From an uncultured Verrucomicrobiae bacterium (GTDB lineage Bacteria; Verrucomicrobiota; Verrucomicrobiia; Chthoniobacterales; JAFAMB01), in assembly GCA_963813025.1 (NCBI GenBank), contig CAWEXO010000011.1, positions 256,001 through 320,000 of the forward strand: a DNA stretch of 64,000 nt, written 5' to 3'. The notes beneath the pieces are model-generated. The model made no database searches. It was given only the letters and a program-made list of their open reading frames with translations, and was not told the DNA's origin. Every line of letters begins with the position of its first letter. Positions within the stretch are counted from its first letter, which is position 1. This document shows, in pieces, positions 24,833 through 32,308 of this stretch. Made by a program: the position numbers and the translations under genes.

Positions 24833-25726
24833 TCACAGAGTCCGCTGTGAACGAATCGCCGCGAGGACCTGTTCGACGCTTAACCCTTCCATCTCTCCAG
24901 TCGCGCTTTGGAGCACGATGACGCGAGTTCCCAGAGGCGCCCAGATCGATGGATCAGTGGGACCAAACAGAGCGATTGTTGGTAGGCCGAGCGCGGCAGC
25001 CAAATGCGTTACCCCAGAGTCGTGCCCGAGAAACAATTGACAACTACTCAGCGCCGCGACCAGCTCTCCGAGGGTCGGGAGCTCGAGCCTGATCGCATGC
25101 GGCGGCAAACGGAACGCGCGCATCTCCCGACTGATTGGGAGATCAGCTTCGCCAGTGATCAAGAGGATCCTCGGCCAATCGCGTTCTATCTCGATCAGAC
25201 ATTCCATCCATCTTTCGAGCGGCCAGTTCTTCCTTGGTGAACCGCTCCCGGGATGCAATGCCAAAGTTGGCTGGAAGTCGTCCGACTGGACTCGCGGCAA
25301 GCGGGGAAACCGATCCCCAAGTGGTATACCAAGGCCGGAAAGAGGTGCTGCCAGCTGATCGACAGCGTGCATCCGGCTGTCAAAGCGATAAGGTCCGCGG
25401 ACAACCTGGCCGACTCGAGCTCTTTGCAGTTGACTCACTACGACGTCTTCCGGATCCGCCAGATAGCTGATGGCCAAATCTGTTTTTCTCAATCGCTCCG
25501 TCCATTTGGCGGAGAAGTCAGCTCCCCGAATAAAGAGGCCCAGCAAATCCTGGCAGTTCAGGTCGTGCACGGAATCGGCAACATCGGCCGGGGCGAGTTT
25601 CGCTTGGGGCATTGTTCCCAGGACCTCAATCCTTGCTGCAGGAAAGGCTCGCCGAAGCGCCGCTAAGACAGGCAGCGTCAAAATGAAATCGCCCAGCGCT
25701 CCCCCGCGCAGGACCAGAATGCGCAC
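24833..25726 (-). CDS. glycosyltransferase family 9 (LPS heptosyltransferase-like)
   Basis: RGGALGDFIL, HPGSG..KNWP, GHDSGVTHLAAALG, LFGPT; GTG start at 25726 preferred. Confidence 0.9.
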   Translation of the reverse strand: MRILVLRGGALGDFILTLPVLAALRRAFPAARIEVLGTMPQAKLAPADVADSVHDLNCQDLLGLFIRGADFSAKWTERLRKTDLAISYLADPEDVVVSQLQRARVGQVVRGPYRFDSRMHAVDQLAAPLSGLGIPLGDRFPRLPRVQSDDFQPTLALHPGSGSPRKNWPLERWMECLIEIERDWPRILLITGEADLPISREMRAFRLPPHAIRLELPTLGELVAALSSCQLFLGHDSGVTHLAAALGLPTIALFGPTDPSIWAPLGTRVIVLQSATGEMEGLSVEQVLAAIRSQRTL

Positions 25727-25781
25727 AGCTCGACCCAGATTTTCAAGCAAGCCCCCGCGCTCAAAACCGCGACCTCGCGTG

Positions 25782-25973
25782 CTAATGCGGTTGCCCAATC
25801 CCAGGCATCGAGCCTAACTGGCCACCTTGTTCCCAGTCCTCTGGTTTGTTCCAGGGGATAGTGCTAGTCGGTTTACCAAACTCTGGGGTCCGTGTTGTCT
25901 TTTCCGCGTCGGGATCGACCTGACAACCGGTCGCCACCAGCGCAAACCCAACAATTAACACTACTTTTTTCAT
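25782..25973 (-). CDS. small lipoprotein
   Basis: MKK + hydrophobic stretch + lipobox ATGC; ATGA overlap with the upstream gene. Confidence 0.75.
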   Translation of the reverse strand: MKKVVLIVGFALVATGCQVDPDAEKTTRTPEFGKPTSTIPWNKPEDWEQGGQLGSMPGIGQPH

Positions 25974-26671
25974 CGTTTAGTTAGTGTGACGGTATCTCCA
26001 ACCGAAACTCGGGCAAAATTATCGGGAGTCGGGTTAACAAATTCCGCGACGCAAGTATTGCTTTCCACGGACACGACTCGCAAATGCCCGACGGTCTGGC
26101 CATCCTTCCGAACGTCAAGGCGGGTGTTCGCTGCCAATCCAACATTCTTGCCCAAACTCACCGTTACGGCTTTTGCTTCGCGATTGATCGAAAGAATGCT
26201 GCCTTCCAGTTCAATCGGCGTTGTGCCATGGCGTGCATTCAAACTCAGCTCATTGAGGTTCGCTTCCACTTGGATGAGCCGGGCGGCCAGCGCTTGCCGG
26301 TCGTTCTCGGCTTGCTGCTTTTGATCGAGGTTGCGACCCGCCTCGGTCAAGGCGGCGGTGAGCGCCTTATTCTCGTTTGCGCGCATCGTCAATTGATCGG
26401 TCACCTGGTTCAGCTTCGCTTTGGTGCTATTGAGTTCAGCGCTTCGACTGTCTCGCTCTTCCTGCGTGAGTCGCTCCTGGGTGAGCAGTCTTTCCTGCGT
26501 TTGCTTCAGTGTTTCTTGAGTATCCTTCAGCTGGTTCTGGCTGTTCTGTGATTGCTGCCGCACTCGGGCGAGTTCATTGTTCAGATCGTTCAATTTAGTC
26601 CGGTTGAAAAATCCGAGTCCCCCCGAAAACAGTGTGCACAAAAAAGCAATCGATAACAGAAACCGCATCAT
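25970..26671 (-). CDS. membrane-anchored coiled-coil hypothetical protein
   Basis: N-terminal hydrophobic segment, long Q/E/L coiled coil, C-terminal beta-rich domain. Confidence 0.75.
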   Translation of the reverse strand: MMRFLLSIAFLCTLFSGGLGFFNRTKLNDLNNELARVRQQSQNSQNQLKDTQETLKQTQERLLTQERLTQEERDSRSAELNSTKAKLNQVTDQLTMRANENKALTAALTEAGRNLDQKQQAENDRQALAARLIQVEANLNELSLNARHGTTPIELEGSILSINREAKAVTVSLGKNVGLAANTRLDVRKDGQTVGHLRVVSVESNTCVAEFVNPTPDNFARVSVGDTVTLTKR

Positions 26672-26813
26672 GGGAATGCGATCTTGAGTGTTCAGCGAAG
26701 ACGGCTCGCAGTCAACGGCGGGTCGCAGGATTCACTGCTGAGTTGCGCCTGTCACTTGCAGAAAACGACAGTTGTCTTTCAATCCACGAAAATCTGTGCC
26801 ATTTGTGGTTTAA

Positions 26814-26907
26814 CCGTCAGGGGCTATGGAACGCGGACTTACAAACCCCGCCAGGGCAGGAATGCAGCAACGGTAGTATGCTCTTCGTGGTCGTAGTCCT
26901 CTGACGG
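26814..26907 (+). ncRNA. ffs: signal recognition particle RNA (small, 4.5S type)
   Basis: Domain IV core CCAGG-GCA-GGAA-TGC-AGCA in a long hairpin closed by CCGTCAG/CTGACGG and followed by a T-run. Confidence 0.9.
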
Positions 26908-26913
26908 GCTTTT

Positions 26914-26983
26914 TTTCACGTTTCGCGTTTCACGTTTCACGTGTCGCGTTTCAAGTTGCTGACGAGCGTGAAACGCGAAACGT
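26914..26983. repeat. inverted heptamer tandem-repeat cassette, empty form
   Basis: TTTCACG TTTCGCG TTTCACG TTTCACG TGTCGCG TTTCAAG, 11-nt spacer, then CGTGAAA CGCGAAA CGT. Confidence 0.85.
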
Positions 26984-26989
26984 ATTCCC

Positions 26990-28619
26990 TTGGCGATCGA
27001 GATTTCCGTTCTTTCTGGGCTGGCCCCGCGAAAATTGCAGATCGATGAACCAACCGTCGTCGTTGGTCGGGATCCGGCAGTAGATCTGGTACTGGCCCAT
27101 CCGGAGATATCGCGACGTCATTGCCGGCTTATTCAGGAAGGCGACGATTGGTGGACCGAAGATCTCGGGAGTCGGAGCGGCACCCGAACCAACGGCGTCA
27201 AAATCGAAGGAAAACAAGTTCTTCATCCGGGCGATCGCATTTCTCTCGGACCGGTATTGCTCCACGCCTTATTCTATTCCGCGCGGCTTCGACTCGCGGC
27301 CGATACTCCGACTTTGGAGATTAAGCGGCTCGTTCGTCACACCATGGCCAACCTCGGCCTGTTCGATCACCGGGATGAGCGCATTGCTCAGTTATCCGGC
27401 GGTTAGCGCAAACGCGTCAGTGTCGGAGTCGAACTGCTTCATCGTCCCCCGCTCTTGTTTCTGGACGAGCCCACTTCCGGACTTGATCCGCTTGCGGAGT
27501 TCCGATTGATGGAGTTGCTTCGGCGTTTGGCCGATACCGGTTGCACCATCATCTGCACAACCCATGTGATGGAGAACGTCTATCTCATGGATCAGATCGC
27601 TGTCCTGGTTGGCGGGCGCCTGGTTTTTCAAGGCTCGCCCGAAGCCGCGCGTGCCCGGTTTTCGGTTGCTCGTCTTACCTCTCTCTACGATGCCTTGCAA
27701 TCTCTTGGTCCGGCCGATTTGCCGCCGGTTACGCCTCTGTGGGAGGAAAAATCCGAAGAGAAACCGGTGCAGGCGGTCGAAGCTCCCGGGAAAAACAGCC
27801 CACCTTATCTTTCGATCTTACTCAGCCGCCTTATCGCCATCTACCAGGCCGACCCGAAAAACATTTTGCTCCTGATTGGACAGCCGCTGATTATCGGTTT
27901 GCTAGTTTGCTGGGTGACCAGCGACCCGCCCCTCATCGAAGTTTTCACTTATGTCTCCGCCCTCTGGTTCGGGTGCAGCAATGCGCCACAGGAGATCGTG
28001 AAAGAACTGCCGATCTATCGCCGGGAACGGCTGGTTGGGCTTAGGCGGACAAGTTACCTGCTCAGCAAATTTCTCTGGTTTAGTTCCTTAACGGCAGTCA
28101 AACGACCTTGATCGTGCTGGTGACCGCTCTCACAAAAGGGGGCTTCCACGACCGGCACCGGTCTTCGCTTTGTCGGACTGATGCTCTTGTGCGTTGCCGG
28201 CACGGGTATCGGGCTGGTCATTTCCACCCTCGCCCGCTCGGCGCTGCCAGCAGCCATGCTGGTGCCGCTGATCCTGATTCCGCAGATCTTGTTCTCGGGC
28301 TTTACGGTTCCACTCCGAGACATGTCGGGTCCGGTCGCCGCGATCGCGCATGCCGTACCCACCTTCGCCGCGCAGCGGGTGAGTGATCTCGGCTTTCTTC
28401 TGAACAAACAGATCACGGGCGCCTTGGCCCGGGACCTCCCGATTCCCCTACTCAAACCTGAATGAATTGCACCGCCAGCGGACCGGCGAACGCCTGCATA
28501 GTGGAACAATTTTCATCGAAACGGGCTCGTTGTGGTCAGGCTACGCGTGCTTAGTTCTGTGGAGCGTGCTCAGTTTCGTCGCAAGCTATCTCCTTCTGGC
28601 CAGGAAAGAACGGGAATGA
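26990..28619 (+). pseudogene. FHA-domain ABC transporter (ATPase-permease fusion), degraded
   Basis: FHA (GR, ISRRH, NG) joined directly to mid-NBD with no Walker A; in-frame TAG at 27404-27406 in LSGG*RKRVS; FLDEPTSGLDP; ABC2 permease with frameshifts near 28100-28180 and 28445. Confidence 0.85.
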
Positions 28620-28623
28620 ATGA

Positions 28624-28669
28624 GAGCGGCGGGAGCGGCGCGAGCGGGTTTGGTGGAGGAAGGTAGCGC
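28624..28669. repeat. GCGGCGGGA-type 9-mer repeat, single arm
   Basis: GAGCGGCGGGAGCGGCGCGAGCGG...AGGTAGCGC resembles the left arm at 47051-47114; a partial inverted copy lies at 36568-36586. Confidence 0.55.
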
Positions 28670-28772
28670 GAGAGTGCAGAAGCGGACTATCATCGGCAAT
28701 AGACGCTCGGGGAAAAGTCCGAGAATTGTCTGAATGAGCGGCGCCGCCTTGATCTTTCCAGATTAGCCGTTT

Positions 28773-29690
28773 TCAATTTTTAGCCGGCTCAATCAAACCG
28801 AACACGCCAACCCGCTGGCTTTTCCCTTTCAGCTGGAAATCGCCGAAGGGCTGAAATTTGCGTCCAGCCGGCAGAACAGTAACAAAATCCTGGGAACAAA
28901 CCAGTTGCTGGTTGAGTTCTTTCGCAACGCCTTCCAATCGGAAAACTGTATTCACCGCGTCGCCGAGAATTGTTGCATCGCGCACGGCCATCTGCCCGAC
29001 ATTGCTGCTGGTCACTCTCCCAAAGTGAAGAGCGAGAACGATCCGAAAGGTTTCGCCGGCCGGCCAGCTCCGGCGGACGGCCAACTCCCGAATGGTCAGA
29101 GCCGTCGATAGGCAAGTGGCACATTCCGTTCCGCGTTCGTCATGAGCAGGCCAGTAGGCAAGCACGGCGTCGCCGATATACTTGTCGATCACTCCGGCGC
29201 TGGCCTGAACCGTGTTGCCAATGTCGCGAAACCAATTGCCGATGATCCGGGCCAACTCGCGCTCTTCGAGCCGCTCCGTCATCGTACTGAAGCCGCGGAT
29301 ATCGCAGACCAGCATCGCCGCGGAAAGAGAGTTTTGACCTGCATCGCTGCCTTGAGCCGCTAAAGTAGCGTCCACCTGATCTTCGGTCCCCTCGTCTGGT
29401 AAGTGGTCGAAGATCAACTCATAATCCGCAATGCGCACCTTTGCTCCCGGCTCCAGGACGACGGGGGTGATCACCCGGCGACCATTCACAAAGGTACCGT
29501 TTCGACTTCCCAGATCCATGATCTGGTATTGGAAGGCGTTATAACAACGGACGATCGCATGCTGCCGGGAGACATGGCTGCCCGGAAGCATGATGGTGTT
29601 GTCCGCTGTCCGTCCAATCGTCGCCGTATTGCTGATAAACTTCTCGGTTGGCTCCCGATCGCTCCGGCAAACTCGAAACTTGGCGGACAT
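28773..29690 (-). CDS. FHA domain + class III adenylate/guanylate cyclase
   Basis: FHA (IGR, VSRQHA, SRNGTFVNG); cyclase motifs CDIRGFS, DKYIGDAV, GDAVNTVFRLE, LKGK. Confidence 0.92.
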   Translation of the reverse strand: MSAKFRVCRSDREPTEKFISNTATIGRTADNTIMLPGSHVSRQHAIVRCYNAFQYQIMDLGSRNGTFVNGRRVITPVVLEPGAKVRIADYELIFDHLPDEGTEDQVDATLAAQGSDAGQNSLSAAMLVCDIRGFSTMTERLEERELARIIGNWFRDIGNTVQASAGVIDKYIGDAVLAYWPAHDERGTECATCLSTALTIRELAVRRSWPAGETFRIVLALHFGRVTSSNVGQMAVRDATILGDAVNTVFRLEGVAKELNQQLVCSQDFVTVLPAGRKFQPFGDFQLKGKSQRVGVFGLIEPAKN

Positions 29691-29768
29691 AGACTTTCGT
29701 CAAACCGGGATGATGCCACAGCCTGCGTTGCTCGCAAATCTTCCCCCGCGGCAGACGAACGGCGCAGC

Positions 29769-29924
29769 CTAACGCATCCCGCCCACGTAAACGTAGTGCG
29801 ATAAGGTCGTCATCAACAAAATGAACAATCCGACTAGAATGGCGGCCATCCCAAAACCAGCGAGCGGGACCGCAAGCTGCTCACGGTAAAACTCATTCCA
29901 GCGGCGTTTACGATCGGGATCCAT
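29769..29924 (-). CDS. small single-TM membrane protein, 51 aa
   Basis: Manual translation MDPDRKRRWNEFYREQLAVPLAGFGMAAILVGLFILLMTTLSHYVYVGGMR*; below the ORF-track cutoff. Confidence 0.55.
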   Translation of the reverse strand: MDPDRKRRWNEFYREQLAVPLAGFGMAAILVGLFILLMTTLSHYVYVGGMR

Positions 29925-29994
29925 GGTGCACACAATTCACACATCATCGGTGTCCGGCACAAGGATTAGTTTGCCTCGAACCTCGACTTTTCTG

Positions 29995-30023
29995 TTGACG
30001 GACGGGTGACCGTCTCCTAGCTT
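29995..30023 (+). promoter_or_regulatory. sigma70 promoter of the SAM riboswitch operon
   Basis: TTGACG-17 nt-TAGCTT ending about 8 nt before the aptamer. Confidence 0.65.
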
Positions 30024-30031
30024 CGCCGACA

Positions 30032-30145
30032 TTCCATCAAGAGTGGCAGAGGGACTGGCCCGACGAAGCCACGGCAACCGATCCTGGGCAACCAGGGTGA
30101 CCAGGTGCCAAATCCAGCCTCGAAACGGTTCGAGGGAAGATGGGT
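30032..30145 (+). promoter_or_regulatory. SAM-I (S-box) riboswitch
   Basis: ATCAAGAG-TGGCAGAGGGACTGGCCCGACGAAGCC-ACGGCAACC...GGTGCCAAATCC...GAAGATG matches the S-box consensus; P1 CCATC/GATGG. Confidence 0.95.
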
Positions 30146-30192
30146 CCGGAGCTTCGTGACTCTTGGTGGAAAGCCAAAAAGCCGCTCTTGCC

Positions 30193-31452
30193 ATGGATAC
30201 ACCTTCGTACTTTTCGCACCTGCAGTGTCGCGAGTGCGGTCGACACTACCGCAAGGAAGCCGTTCACGTCTGTGAGTTTGATTTTGGTCCGCTCGAAGCC
30301 GCTTATGATTATGCCGCAATTCGCGCGGCGATCGGACGCGAAACCATTTCGGCGCGTCCCCGGTCAATGTGGCGTTATCGTGAGTTTCTGCCGATCGAGA
30401 ACGTGCCAACCGTGGGCCTGTATACGGGTTCAACTCCCCTGGTGCGTGCTGACCGGCTGGCCGCGAGACTGGGTGTGCGGGAACTCTACCTGAAAAATGA
30501 TGCGTACAATCATCCGACGCTCTCGTTCAAGGATCGCGTGGTCTCGGTGGCGCTCAGCCGGGCTCGTGAACTCGGTATCGGCACAGTGGCTTGCGCGTCG
30601 ACGGGCAACCTGGCAAACGCCGTAGCCGCTCATGCCGCTTCGGTCGGCCTGAAAAGCGTCGTGTTGATTCCTTCGAACCTGGAGCGAAGCAAAGTGATCA
30701 ATTCGCTCGTGTACTCCACCAACTTGGTCGCCATTGAGGGCGCTTACGATCAGGTGAACCGACTTTGTGCGGAAATTGCCGGGAAATACGGATGGGGTTT
30801 TGTGAACGTCAACCTGCGGCCCTACTACGCCGAAGGCTCAAAAACCATGGGGTTCGAGATCATGGAACAACTGGGCTGGCGGCTGCCCAGGCACACCGTG
30901 ATCCCGATGGCGAGCGGAGCGTTATTAACCAAAATCTCCAAGGCCTATCATGAGTTTATCGAGGTTGGTCTGGTATCCGAGGGAGAATTCTCGATTCACG
31001 GAGCGCAAGCGGCTGGCTGCTCGCCGATCAGTACGGCGGTGAAAAACAATAGCGAAGTCGTCCGCCCGGTACCCAAACCACAAACGATCGCCAAATCGCT
31101 CGCCATCGGCACACCGGCGGATGGGTACTATGCCATTCGGGCCATGAAAGACAGTGGCGGGACTGCGGAAGACTGCACCGACGCTGAAATCGTCACCGCG
31201 ATTCAGTTGCTGGCGGAAACGGAAGGAATTTTTGCCGAGACCGCGGGAGGGGTAACCGTGGCCTGCGCTCGCAAGTTGATCGAGGCGGGCCGAATTCAGC
31301 CTCATGAATCAGCGGTTCTTTGTATCACTGGATATGGGCTGAAAACCCAGGAAGCGGTCGCCGAACACATGGAATTCCCTCCGGTCATTCGTCCGACGCT
31401 CAAAGACTTCGAGGCCTTGCTTGCCGATCGACGTTTCGCCAATATTAACTGA
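30193..31452 (+). CDS. threonine synthase-like PLP enzyme
   Basis: PTLSFKDR (PLP lysine), CASTGNLA, YYAEGSKT; N-terminal CxxC...C zinc ribbon; alternative GTG start at 30163. Confidence 0.92.
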   Translation: MDTPSYFSHLQCRECGRHYRKEAVHVCEFDFGPLEAAYDYAAIRAAIGRETISARPRSMWRYREFLPIENVPTVGLYTGSTPLVRADRLAARLGVRELYLKNDAYNHPTLSFKDRVVSVALSRARELGIGTVACASTGNLANAVAAHAASVGLKSVVLIPSNLERSKVINSLVYSTNLVAIEGAYDQVNRLCAEIAGKYGWGFVNVNLRPYYAEGSKTMGFEIMEQLGWRLPRHTVIPMASGALLTKISKAYHEFIEVGLVSEGEFSIHGAQAAGCSPISTAVKNNSEVVRPVPKPQTIAKSLAIGTPADGYYAIRAMKDSGGTAEDCTDAEIVTAIQLLAETEGIFAETAGGVTVACARKLIEAGRIQPHESAVLCITGYGLKTQEAVAEHMEFPPVIRPTLKDFEALLADRRFANIN

Positions 31453-31464
31453 GGAAAACATCCT

Positions 31465-31740
31465 ATGCCTGTACCCGTTCGAATCCCTACCCCGCTCCGT
31501 AAATTGACTGCCAACCAGGAGGTTGTGCAGGTCGAAGGCGGGACTGTCCGCGAAGTGATCAACCATCTGGAGATCGCTTTTCCCGGTCTGAAGGAACGCA
31601 TCTGCGACGAAGAGAACAACGTCCGCCGTTTCGTGAACGTCTTTGTTAACGACGAGGACATCCGGTTCCTGGAAGACACTGACACCCGATTAAAATCGGG
31701 AGACGAGATCAGTATCGTGCCGGCGATTGCGGGAGGATAG
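31465..31740 (+). CDS. MoaD/ThiS-family sulfur carrier protein
   Basis: VRIPTPLR, FVNVFVNDEDIRF, C-terminal IVPAIAGG. Confidence 0.95.
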   Translation: MPVPVRIPTPLRKLTANQEVVQVEGGTVREVINHLEIAFPGLKERICDEENNVRRFVNVFVNDEDIRFLEDTDTRLKSGDEISIVPAIAGG

Positions 31741-31749
31741 GCGGTAGCG

Positions 31750-32308
31750 TTTCACGTTTCGCGTTTCGCGTTTCACGTTCCGCGTTGTCCGCGTGCGCGC
31801 GCGGTGCGCGTTTTCCATTGCGCATATTCAGTGTAGACATGTCGAAGCTTTTATAACCAGGTTATTGAGAGTTATGACTATTACTCGATTTGAAGACCTG
31901 GAGGCTTATCAAGTTGCGCGGGAGTTCACCCGAAAAGTTGGCCAATTGTTGCGCACGCCGAGCTCTGCTAAAAGAACGCACATGGTAGCCCAAACAGAAC
32001 GGGCTCTCTTATCCGTGGTTTCGAATATAGCAGAGGGGTATGAACGAGACGGACGGCAAGAATTCGTCCAATTTCTTAGCATTGCGAAGGGATCAATCGG
32101 CGAAGTGCGAGCACAGCTGATCTATTGTTCCGACTAAGGAATGTTCGCCGAAGTCGTTCTAGCGGATTTGAATGATCTGGGGCTTCGTACGAGTGCAATA
32201 ATCGGTGGTCTGATCCGGCATCTTCATTCCAGTTCGTATGCCGGAACCAAATACAAAAACCAGAAGCACTCCAAGAGTCCGCGATATCAAACGTGAAACG
32301 CGAAACGT
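31750..32308. mobile_element. inverted heptamer-repeat cassette, filled with a four-helix-bundle gene
   Basis: Left arm TTTCACG TTTCGCG TTTCGCG TTTCACG TTCCGCG (31750-31784). Right arm AAA CGTGAAA CGCGAAA CGT (32289-32308), whose last 17 nt are identical to 26967-26983. Mobility is inferred. Confidence 0.6.
31874..32296 (+). pseudogene. four-helix-bundle protein (23S rRNA IVP/Avd-like fold) with a premature TAA
   Basis: MTITRFEDLEAYQ...SVVSNIAEGYER...EFVQFLSIAKGSIGEVRAQL; TAA at 32135-32137; the same frame continues IGGLIRHLHSSSYAGTKYK to TGA at 32296 inside the right repeat arm. Confidence 0.88.

Noticed and set aside
27404..32137. Stop-to-Gln recoding suggested by in-frame TAG (ABC signature) and TAA (four-helix gene) at probable Gln positions
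   Set aside because: TAA and TAG terminate many core genes here (rpoC, rpoB, rplL, tuf). C-to-T nonsense mutations in decaying genes explain both cases.
31874..32296. Diversity-generating retroelement (Avd-like gene)
   Set aside because: No reverse transcriptase and no template/variable repeat pair seen in the window.
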